From Chiloscyllium plagiosum (taxonomy: Eukaryota), in the NCBI RefSeq assembly GCF_004010195.1, contig NC_057753.1:4686887-4748886 (forward strand): DNA of 62,000 nucleotides. The letters are read 5' to 3'. Both the position numbers and the translations under genes were made by a program. The notes under the pieces were generated by a model that saw nothing but the letters and a program-made list of their open reading frames with translations, did no database searches and was not told the origin of the DNA. Each line of letters starts with the position of its first letter. The first letter of the stretch is position 1. Positions 49,388-60,602 of the stretch are shown piece by piece.

Positions 49388-52300
49388 AGTCATAGAGTCA
49401 CAGAGACATACTGCATTGAAATAGACTGTTCATCCCAACTTGTCGATGCTGACCAGATATCCTAAATTAATCTACTCCCAAAAACCAACATTTGGCCATA
49501 TCACTTCCCCACTACCACCCCAGCCCCCAAACCCTTCCTATTCACGTACCTACCCAGATGTCTTTTAAATGCTGCAGTTGTACCAGCCTCTACCATTTCA
49601 TCTGGCAGCTCATTCCATACATGCACCACCCTCTGCGTGAAAATGTGACCCCCTTCGGGCCCTTTTAAATCTTTCCCTTCTCACCTTCAACCTGTGTCCT
49701 CTGGTTTTGGACACCCCCACCCTGGGGAAAAGACCTAGACTATTTACCCTTTCCATGCCCCTCATGATGTTGTAAGTCTCTGCATGGTCACCCCTCAGCC
49801 TCTGACACACCAGAGAAAAAAAACCCCCGAGCCTATTCAGCCTCTCCCTGTAGCTCAAACGCTCCAACACTGGCAACATTCTGTCAATCTTTTCTGAACC
49901 TTTCAGGTTTAACGGCATTCCTCCTGTAGCCGGAAGACTAGAATTGAATGCAGTATTCCAAAACTGGTCTAACAATGTCCTGTACAGTCACAACATGACC
50001 TCCCAACTCCTATACTCAGTGTTTTGACTAATAAAGGAAAGAATACCAAACACCTTCTTCACTACACTGTCTACCTGCGACTTCACTTTCAAGGAACTAC
50101 GAACCCGAGTTCCAAGGTCCGTTTAGTCGGCAATACTCCCAGGACCTTACCATTATAAGTCCAAAATGTAGCACCTCACACTTATCAAGATTAAATTCCA
50201 TCTGCCACTCCTCGGCATAAGATCAGTTTATGTGATCAAGGTCCCGCTGTACTATTCTGCTATACACTACACTTCCAATTTTGGTGTCAGGTGCAAATTT
50301 GCCAGCTATACCTCCTATGACAACATCCAAATCATCTATATAAATGACGAAAAGCAGTGGACCCAGCACTGATCCCTGTGGCACACCATCTGTCACAGGT
50401 CTCCCAGTCTGAAAAGCATCCCTCAACCACCACCCTGTGTCTCCTACCTTCCAGCCAATTTTGTATCCAAATGGCTAGTTCTCCAAATGGCTGTCGATGA
50501 TACAAATATCTCAGCAAGGGGTCCAGCAATCCCTTCCCTCGCTTCCTAGTAAGTTCTGGGATACAGCTGATCAGATCCCGGAGATTTATCCACCTTTATG
50601 CATTTTAAGATGTCCAGCACCTCCTCCTTTGTATTGTTGACACTTGTCAAGATATCACAATTTATTTCCTCAAATTCTCTAGCTTCCATACCTTTTTCCA
50701 CTGATGCAAAATACTCGTTTAGTGTCTCACCCATCTCCTGTAGTTCCACATGTAGACAGCTTTGCTGATCCTTAAGAGGCCCTATTCTCTTCCGAGTTAT
50801 TCTTTTGTCCTTCATGTATTTGTAGAAACCCTCTTAACCCTATTTACCAAAGCCATCTCATATCCCCTTTCTGCCCTCCTGATTTCCCTCTTAGTGGGCG
50901 GCATGGTGGCAGTGGGCGGCACGGTGGCACAGTGGTTAGCACTGCTGCCTCACAGCGCCAGAGACCCGGGTTCAATTCCCGCCTCAGGCGCCTGATTGTG
51001 TGGAGTTTGCACATTCTCTCCGTGTTTGCGTGGGTTTCCTCCCACAGTCCAAAGATGTGCAGGTCAGGTGAATTGGCCATGCTAAATTCTCCGTAGTGTT
51101 AGGTAAGGGGTAAATGTAGGGGTATAGGTGGGTTGCGCTTCGGCGGGTCGGTGTGGACTTGTTGGGCCGAAGGGCCTGTTTCCACACTGTAAGTAATCTA
51201 ATCTAATCTAATCTAATCTAATTCAAAAAAATATACTCCTACTATCCTTATACTCCTCGAAAGATTCACTTAATCCCTGCTGTCTATACCTGACATATGC
51301 TTCCTTCTTTTCCTTGACCAGAACCTCAATTTCTCTACTAATCCAGCATTCCCCAAATCTACCGACCTTGCAACTGGACTCTCGTTATCTCATTTTGGAA
51401 GGCTTCCATTTTCCAGCCTTCCCTTTACCTGTGTATATCCACCCACAATCAACCTTTGAGAGCTCTTGCCGAATGCCATCAAAGCTGGCCTTCCTCCAAT
51501 TTGGAACTCTGATTTTTAGATCACATTTATCTTTTTCCATCACGATCTTAAAACTAATAGAATTATGATCACTTGCCCAAAAGCGCTCCCCCACTGACAC
51601 CTTAATTATTTGCCCTGCCTTTTTTCCTAAGAGAAGGTCAAGGTTTGCTCCTTCTCTAGAAGTCCATCCACATACTCAATCAGAAAATGTTCTTGTCCAC
51701 ACTTTACAACTTCCTCTCCGTCCAAGACTTCAATGTTATAGCAGTACCAGTTTGTGTTTGGAAAGTTAAAAGCTGCTACTATAACCATCCTATTATTTTT
51801 ACAGACAACTGTGATCTCCTCACAGATTTCCCGCTGACCATTGGGGCATAAAATAGTACAATCCCATTAACGTGATCATCCATTTCTTATTTCTCAGTTC
51901 CATCCAAATAATTTCACTGGACGTACTCTCTAGAATATCCTTCCAAAGTACAGCTGTAATGTTATCCCTACTCAAACATGCCGCTCCCCCTTCTTCCCCT
52001 GCCCTTCCTGTAGCGTCTATACCCTGGAACATTACGCTGTCAGTCCTGTCCTGTCCATCCCTGAGCCATGTCTCTGTAATAACTGTGATATCCCAATCCC
52101 ATATTCCCAACCATGCCCTGCGTTCATCTGCCTTCCTGGTTAGGCCTCCTGCATTGAAACAAATGAAGTTTAATTTCTGTTTTCTTCCTGCCTACCTTGA
52201 ACATTTGACCTGCTCCTTTCCCAACTGCACCAGCCTCAGGGTGATCCCTTTTCTCACTATCTCTCTGAATTCAACCCCTGCCTTACTAATTTATGTCCTC

Positions 52301-52900
52301 CTGGGTAGCTCTAGCAAATCTCCCTGCCAGTATATTAGTCCCCTTCCAATTCAGTTGCAACCTGGCTTTCTTATACATGTCACTTGTACCCCAGAAGAGA
52401 TTCCAATGATCCAAAACTGAACATTCTTCTCCTCAGCCACATATTCACGTACTCTATCCTCCTATTCCTCCCACCTTCCCTTGCACGTGGCACCAGGAGT
52501 AATCCAGTTATTATTACCCATGAGGATCTACTTTATAACCTTCTGCCTAACCTTCATTTCTCCCCACAGAATCTCATCCCTTTCTCTTCCTTTGTCGTTG
52601 GTTCCAATGTGTACAATGACGTCCTGCTGGTCCCTCTCCCCTTTGAGAACATTCTGCACTCTCTCTGAGATATCCTTGACCACGGTACCTGGGAGGCAAC
52701 ACACCATTCTGATATCTCATTGCCAGCCACAGAAATGTCCGTCTGTGCCTCTGACTAGAGTCCGCTGTCAAAATCAATCTCTTGGAACTTTGCATCACCC
52801 TCGTTACAGTAGAGCAAAGTCTCAGAAATCTGGCTGTCAGTGCTAAATTCCTCTGAGAGTCCATCACCACATGCGCAACATGCCTACCCCTCCTACCTTT
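49388..52900 (-). mobile_element. Long decayed CR1 LINE (ORF1 esterase region, endonuclease, RT, 3' tail)
   Basis: DITVITETWL and SDHNSI (endonuclease), [10 protein letters not shown] (RT). At about 52590-52710 the minus strand reads VCCLPG...IVHIGTND, the SGNH esterase of CR1 ORF1. Confidence 0.9.
50896..51222 (+). mobile_element. HE1-like SINE, young, inside CR1
   Basis: (TCTAA)n tail; 18-bp head duplication; small internal deletion. Confidence 0.95.
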
Positions 52901-52944
52901 CCAATAAATCAAACTGCATCTACATCCATGAGGTAACCCATCTA

Positions 52945-55870
52945 GCTGACAGGAGCAGAGCAGGGACAGGAATGGTTGTTGCTGGTTCTAGGATTTAGAT
53001 GTTTCAGTAAGAACAAAGATGGTAAAAGAGGGGGAGGTGTGGCATTGTTGGTCAAGGACAGTATTACATTTGCAGAAAGGATGTTTGGGGACTCATCAAC
53101 TGAGGTAGTATGGGTTGAGGTTAGAAAAAGGAAAGGAGAAGTCACCCTGTTGGGAGTTTTCTATCGGCCTCCGAATAGTTCCAGAGATGTAGAGGAAAGC
53201 ATAGCAAAGATGATTCTCGATAGGAGTGAGACAGACGGGGCAATTGTCATGGGGGCTTCAACTTTCCAAATATTGACTGGGAACACAATAGTACGAGTAC
53301 TATAGATGGATCAGTTTTTGTCCAGTGTGTGCAGGAGGGTTTCCTGACACAGTATGTAGACAGGCCAACAAGGGATGAAGCCACATTAGATTTGGTACTG
53401 TGTAATGAGCCCGGCCAGGTGTTAGACTTGGAAGTAGGTGAGCACTTTGGTGATAGCGATCACAATTCTGTTATGTTTCCTTTGGTGATAGAAAGGGATA
53501 GGTGTATACCACTGGGCAAGACTTACAGCTGGGGGAAAGGCAATTACGATGCTATTAGGCAAGATTTAGGAAGCATAGGATTGGGAAGGAAACTGCAGGG
53601 GATGGGCACATTAGAAATGTGGAGCTTATTCAAGGAAAAGCTCCTGTGTGTCCTAGATAAGTATGTACCTGTCAGGCAGGGAGGAAGCTGTAGAACGTGG
53701 GAGCCGTGGTTTACGAAGGAAGTGGAATCTCTGGTTGAGAGGAAGAAGAAAGTTTATATTAGGATGAGATGTGAAGGCTCAGTTAGGGCGCTTGAGGGTT
53801 ACAAGATAGCCAGGAAAGACCTAAAGAGAGAGCTCAGAAGAGCCAGGAGGAGACATGAGAAGTTGTTGGCGGATAGGATCAGGGTGAATCCTAAGGCTTT
53901 CTATAGGTATTTAAAGAATAAAAGAATGACAAGAGTAAGATTAGGGTCAATCAAGGATAGTAGTGGGAAGTTGTGTGTGGAGTCAGAGGAGACAGGGGAA
54001 GCACAAAATGAATATTTTTCGACAGTATTCACTCGAGAAAATGACAATGTTGTTGAGGAGAATACGGAGATACAGGCTACTAGACTGGGGGTGGGATTGA
54101 GATTCACAAGGAAGAGGTATTAGAAATCCTGCAGAGTGTGAAAATAGATAAGTCCCCTAGGCTGGATAGGGTTTATCTTAGGATCCTCTGGGAAGCCAAG
54201 GAGGAGATTGCCGAGCCTTTGGCATTGATCTTTAAATCCTCATTGTCTACAGCAATAGTGCCAGAAGACTGGAAGATAGCAAATGTGGTTCCCCTGTTCA
54301 AGAAGGGGAGTAGAGACAACCCTGGTAATTATAGACCAGTGAGCCTTACTTCTGTTGTTGGCAATGTTGGAAAAGGTTATAAGAGATAGGATTTATAATC
54401 ATCTAGAAAAGATGAATTTGATTAGGGATAGTCGGCACAGCTTTGTGAAGGGTGGGTGGTGCCTCATCTACAAGAATAGTGCCAGAAGACTGGAGGATAG
54501 CAAATGTTGCTCCCTTGTTCAAGAAGGGAAGTAGAGACAACCCTGGAAATTCTAGACCTATCAGCCTTACTTTGGTTGTGGGTAAAGTGTTGGAAAGGGT
54601 TATAAGAGATAGGATGTATAATCATGTAGAAAAGAATAAGTTGATTAGGGTTAGTCAACATGGTTTTGTGAAGGGTAGGTCGTGCCTCACTAACCTTATT
54701 GAGTTCTTTGAGAGGTGGATGAGGGTAAAGTGGTTGTTGTGGTATATGCATTTCAGTAAGGTATTTGATAAAGTTCCCCATGGTAGGCTATTGCATAAAA
54801 TACGGAGGCATGGGACTGAGGGTGATTTAGCGGTTTGGATCAAACATTGGCTAGCTGAAAGAAGACAGAGGGTACTGGTTGTTGGGAAATATTCATCCTG
54901 GAGTTCAGTTACTAGTGGTGTACCGCAAGGATCTGTTTTGGGTCCACTGCTGTTTGTCATTTATATAAATGACCTGGAAGAGGGCGTTGAAGGTTAGTAA
55001 ATTGGTGGATGGCACTAAGGTCAGTAGAGTTGCGAATTGTGACAAAGGATGTTGTAGGCTACAGAGAGAAACAGATAAGCTGCAGAGCTGGGCTGAGAGG
55101 TGGCAAATGGAGTTTAATGCGGACAAGTGTGAGGTGATTCACTTTGGTCGGAGTAACCGGAATGCAAAGTATTGAGCTAATGGTAAGATTCTTGGTAGTG
55201 TAGATGAGCAAAGAGATCTCGGTGTCCATGTACACAGATCCTTGAAAGTTGCCACCCAGGTTGACAGGGTTGTTAAGAAGGCATACAGTGTTTTAGCTTT
55301 TATTAATAGAGGAATCGAGTTCCAGAACCATGAGGTTATGCTACAGCTGTACAAAACTCTGGTGCGGCCGCACTTGGAGTATTGTGTACAGTTTTGGTCA
55401 CCGCATTATAAGAAGGATGTGAAAGCTTTGGAAAGGATGCAGAAGAGATTTACTAGGATGTTGCCTGGTATGGTACGAGGAAAGGCTGAGGGATTTGAGG
55501 CTGTTTTCGTTAGAGAGAAGAAGATTGAGAGGTGACTTAATAGAGACATATAAGATAATCAGAGGGTGAGATAGGGTGGACAGGGAGAGCCTTGTTCCAA
55601 GTATGGTGACAGCGAGCACAAGGGGGCATTAAATTGAGGGGTATAGATATAGGACAGATGTCAGAGGTAGTTTCTTTACTCAGAGAGTAGTAAGGGTATG
55701 GAATGCTTTGCCTGCAATGGTAGTAGATTCACTAACTTTAAGTGCATTTAAGTCATCATTGGACAAGCATATGGACGTACATGGAATAGTGATGGGCTTC
55801 AGATTGGTATGATAGGCAGCGCAACATCAAGGTCCGAAGGGCCTGTACTGCGCTGTAATGTTCTATGTTC
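52945..55870 (+). mobile_element. CR1 LINE ORF2 (endonuclease to RT) plus 3' tail, frameshifted
   Basis: GGGVALLVK, GVFYRPP, LDLVL and SDHN (endonuclease); [10 protein letters not shown] (RT); tail gtaatgttctatgttc. Confidence 0.95.
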
Positions 55871-56047
55871 TGACAGGTGTATTTGGGGTTTTACTATCTT
55901 CCCACATCACACCCTGTGACTCTTGTAAATGCCTCATTGCCTGTACCTGCTGCTCCAAACTATCCATGTGATCCGATAGGATTCACCATGTCAGCGTGTT
56001 TGTGACACAGTTGCCTAAATGTAGGAGTTCTGAACATTTGTCGAAAT

Positions 56048-56532
56048 TAGAATCCCTACAGTGTGGAAACAGGCCCTTCAGCCCACCAAGTCCACACCAA
56101 CCCTCCGAAGAGTATCCCACCCAGACCCATTCCTCTACCCTATTACTCTATATTCCTGAAGAAGGACTTATGCCCGAAACGTCGATTCTCCTGTTTCCTG
56201 GATGCTGCCTGACCTGCTGCGCTTTTCCAGCGACACATTTTCAGCTCTGATCTCCAGCATCTGCAGACCTCACTTTCTACTCTATATTTACCCTGACTAA
56301 TGCACCAAACCTACACATCCCTGAACACTATGGACAATTTAGCATGACCAATCCACCCTAACTTGGAAACCTTTGGATTGTGGGAGGAAACCGGAGCACC
56401 TGGAGGAAACCAATGCAGACACGGGGAGAACGTGCAAACTCCACACAGACTGTTACCCCGAGGCGGGAATCGAACCTGGGTCCCTGGTGCTGGGGGGCAG
56501 CAGTGCTAACCGCTGAGTTACCGTGCCGCCCC
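56048..56532 (-). mobile_element. HE1-like SINE interrupted by PLE-terminus insert
   Basis: Insert 56155-56277 flanked by tactctatatt (56144-56154 and 56278-56288), starting at a CTGAAGA hammerhead core. Confidence 0.88.
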
Positions 56533-57111
56533 TAACTGTAGCGGCCCTTTGGCTCATCATGTCCATCAAACATCAGTGAAAGACAGCAATAGGTGGATAT
56601 GGATTCAGATCCACAACATAGAGGTCACCCCAGCTACAGAGCCATGGAACCTCTCACAGATAAAAGCACAGCATTAAAAGCTCGAACTTGTCAATGGACG
56701 GTCACAAATACTCACCTTTCAAACAATTATTGTGCTTTGAAAAATCCCCTACTGGAGTCGGCAGCCGGAAATCTATGGGAAGAAGTGAAGTCAGAGAAAA
56801 ATCTCACAGTTCAGGAATTACCCAGTGAGTAGGCGATGTCACTTCACGTCCTTCTCAAATGTTCTGTAAGAAGAAGTGTACAAGTGTGAGCAAGAGACCG
56901 ACATTCACAAGCGACAAAACATTTCACTTGGTCTGAGTTTAGTGTACATAACTCCTGCCCTGAAAAAGGGATTTCAAAACTCTATCCCTGTTAGTACGGG
57001 ATAGAAATCCACAGCATCCCCTCCTCCTGGCCCAGGCTGACCGCATGGTCCCTGCTGCACACTGGCCCTCGTCGTGGTCAGCAGTCTCTTGACTGAAGGC
57101 TGGCATCTGCT

Positions 57112-59060
57112 CAGAGTCGATAAAGTGTGGAGCTGGAAAAAGCACAGCAGGTCAAGCAGCATCAGAGGAGTAGGAGAGTCAACATTTCAGGTCAGGACCC
57201 TTCATCAGGATTGGGGAAGGGGCTGAGAAATAAACAGAGGGAAGAGGAGTAGAGCTGGGGAAAAAGGTAGGCGGGATGGTAGGAGGTGATTGCAATTCGT
57301 CAGTGGGAGGAAGGGTGGAGCAGATAGGCGGGAAGGAAGGTGGACTGGCAGGGTCAGGTCAAGGGGGTGGGGCAGAGAGGGAGGGCTGGACCTGAGTGGA
57401 GATTGGGAAGCTGGTGAATTCCACGTATGATTGAAAGCTCCCTCGGTGGAAGATGAGGCGTTCTTCCTCCAGTGTGCATGTGGTCCAAGCCAGGACGGAC
57501 ATGTCGTCAAGGGAGCTGGAAAGGATAGCAACCAGAAGGTGGGCTTGTTGGTGTGTACGGACTGTAAATATTTCCTGAACTGATCTCAAAAGTTTACTCA
57601 CGGTCTCTCCGATGTAGAAGAGAATACATCTGGAACAATGGATGCAATATGTTAGAGGAAGTGCAGGTGATTCCTTAGGGCCTTGGATGGAGTTAAGAGG
57701 GGAGATGTGGTGGCAGGTGCAGGGAAAGGTGCCACGTGCGGCGGAGAGGTTGGTGGGGAGTGTGGACCTAATGATGGGAGTTGCAGAGGGAACAGTCCCT
57801 ACGGAAAGTGGATAGGGGTGGTGGGGTCAGAATGCAGGTGGCAAAAATGGCTGAGGATGATGTGTTGGATTTGCAATGTGAGGACCCAGCCAGGGGGACT
57901 CTATCCTTGTTGCGGTTGGTGAGGGCTTTGAAAGCAGAGGTGAGGGAAATGAAGGAGGTGCAGTTGAGGCCATTACATTTCACAGGGGAAGGGAAATTAC
58001 GGTTCTTGAAGTAGGCGGACAACTGGGATGTCCTGCAGTGGAATCGCTCACCCTGAGAGCAGGTACAGCAGAAGCAGAAGATTTGGGAGTAAAAGATCGC
58101 ATTTCTGCAGGAGGGGCAGCGGGAGGAGATGTCATCAAGGTAGCTGTGGGAGTCGATGGGTTTGAAATAGATGTCAGTGCTAGTTAGTTGGTGGAGATGG
58201 AGATGGAGATGGGGAGGTCCAGAAAGTGGGGGGGGGGGGGAGGTGTTAAGCGATTGTCCAGGTGAATGAGTTGAAACTTTATTGCTGGAACAGCACAGCA
58301 NNNNNNNNGGTGGAAGGTGTTAGTGTAGTGGATGAACTGTTCAACCTCCTCGTGGGAGCACGAGGTAGCGCCTGTGCCCGAAACGTCGAATCTCCTGTTC
58401 CCTGGATGCTGCCTGACCTGCTGTGCTGTTCCAGCAATAAAGTTTCAACTTTGATCTCCAGCATCTGCAGACCTCACTTTCTCCTCCAGGTGAATGAGGT
58501 CAGGATGGAAGATGTGGGTGAAGTTAATGAACTGTTTGAGCTCCTCATAGGAGCACGAGGCAGGGCAGATACAGTCATCAATGTAGCGGAGGAAAAGGTG
58601 GTGCTGGTGTGAATGCAGCAGAGGGATTATTCCATGTATCCTACGAAGAGGCATAGCTCAGGCCTGTGTGGGTACCCATAGCCACCCCGCTGGTTTATAG
58701 GAAGTGGGAGGATTCAAAGGAAAAGTTGTTCAGGGCGATGACCGGTTCCGCCAAGCGAATGAGAGTGTCGGTGGAAGCGCATCGATTGGGTCTGCAGGAG
58801 AGGCAGAAACAGAGTGTTTTTAGGCTCTCCTCATTGGGGGAGGGGTAGGGTGGAATACAGATGTAGAGAGACTGAATGTCCATGGTGAAGATGAGGTTTT
58901 GGGGACTGCAGAATTGAAAGTCATGGAAAAGGTGAAGGGCGCGAGTGGTGTCCTGAACATAGGTGGGGAGTTCTTGGACCAACGGGGTAGGGTGGAGTCA
59001 AGAGGAGATGAGTTCAGTGGGACAGCAGCAGACAGAGACTATTGATAGACTGGGGCAGTG
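57112..59060 (-). mobile_element. Penelope-like element, RT through terminal repeat, decayed
   Basis: YVQDT...LIFTMDIQSLY (58695..58982), FLRYIDD (58445..58654), LEEERLIF; hammerhead about 57177-57210. Confidence 0.9.
58271..58484. mobile_element. Inverted PLE-terminus insert with 14-bp TSD (contains gap)
   Basis: tccaggtgaatgag at 58257-58270 and 58485-58498; inverted arms ttgaaactttattgctggaacagcacagca. Confidence 0.75.
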
Positions 59061-59067
59061 ATCAAAG

Positions 59068-59410
59068 AATCCCTACAGTGTGAAAATAGGCCATTAGGCC
59101 CAACAAGTCCATGCTGACCCTCCACAGAATATCCCTCCCAGACTCATTCCCCTACCCTATTAACTCTACACTTATCCCTGACTAATGCATACATCATTGA
59201 ACACGATGGGCAATTTAGCATGGCCAATTCACCCTAACCTGCACATCTTTGGACTCCGGGAGAAAACTGGCGCACCCAGAGGAAACCCACACAGACAGAG
59301 GGAGAATGTGCAAACTCCACACAAACACTCGCCCCCGAGGCTGGAATTGAACCTGGGTCCCTGGCACTGTGAGGCAGCAGTGCTAACCACTGAGCCACCA
59401 TGCCGCATCG
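59068..59410 (-). mobile_element. HE1-like SINE
   Basis: Full length, moderately diverged. Confidence 0.9.
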
Positions 59411-59799
59411 CCCTCCACCTCCTCCTCCGCTACCTTGATGATTGTATCAGCACTGCCCTGTGCTCCCACGAGGGTGCTTGAACAAGTTCATCAACGCCAC
59501 CAGTCAAGTTTATCAATTTTGGGTAGGACACAGGCCAGGACGGGGAATGGGAAACTAAAAGGTGGGAGGCTGCGGATGGGGGAATCTCCCAAGTCAAGTT
59601 TCTGTCCTTGGTCTTCATGTAACTGAACACAGCCACAGAACTTTGGGCCAAGGCATCCTCTGAGCTAGGGTACTGCGAGACCAGGATTTTCTTATTTTTC
59701 CCCCTCTGCCTCTGCTCTGCATCATCAGTAAGACATTGGGCGTGAAAGGCAAATACAGCCTGGTCGACAAGTTGTCTCCATCCTGAACAATAGGCAGCA

Positions 59800-60175
59800 A
59801 GCTCCGCCCATTCATTCCAAACATTGCCCCCGACAAAGATGGCGGTCGCACACGGCCCCCCCCCGCGCGATGCCGTCGCCCCCGACAAAGATGGCGGCCG
59901 TCAGACCGGGGCCTGTCCCTTGGGAGCAAGCTTGGAGCCGTTGCTCCAGTTGGAACAAACGGGGCACTGGGAGATTCTCATTCGGGGTTTGTAGCTCACG
60001 TCAGACAGTTTACGGGTCGTGTCCGTCCACCCGCGGCATCTATCGCCGCTCCCGTCCCGCCTCATTTGGTAACCTTTCCGGAGCCAAGGAATGAAAGTCG
60101 GTCCACGGCCATATCGCGCTCCGCGCATGCTGTATTCGCGACGGTCTCTGCGCATGCGCACTGCTCTCCTGGTTG
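59800..60175 (-). promoter_or_regulatory. CpG-island promoter 4
   Basis: CpG-rich; NRF1-like GCGCATGCGCA about 60150; two copies of gcccccgacaaagatggcgg at 59826 and 59878. Confidence 0.7.
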
Positions 60176-60602
60176 GTTGACATCACTTAGAATGTTGGGT
60201 GGGTGTTCTACTCATTGCATTGAGGTTTGTTCTTTATTATTGTGGAGATACATGGCCCAAATAATACTGTTATAACGTAAGTTGTACTGATAACCATTTG
60301 AGACTGAGCCTGGTGCAATTTATGTAGCACATCTTGTGTGTTGAGAAAATGGGTATATGAATAGGAAGGGTTTATTGCAGGTCAAATGGGACTAGATTAA
60401 CTTAGGATGTCTAGTCAGCATGGACGAGGTGGACCGAAGGGTCTGTTTCCATGCCGTACAGCTTCATGACTCTGCAGTGCAGAGTCCATTCAGCCCATCC
60501 TGTTTATGACTGTTCTCCACACTTCCTCCTATTCTGCTATTTTCCGCCCACGGCTCTGCACATTTGATTCCCTTTCAAACAACCAGCTAATTGTCTTTTG
60601 TG

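Noticed and set aside
52900..52945. Back-to-back CR1 copies as one twin-primed insertion
   Set aside because: Both cover the same endonuclease-RT region and have different 3' tails, so they are independent subfamily insertions.
58309..58372. Extra copy of PLE RT sequence within a palindromic insert
   Set aside because: It abuts an N gap and may be a local misassembly.
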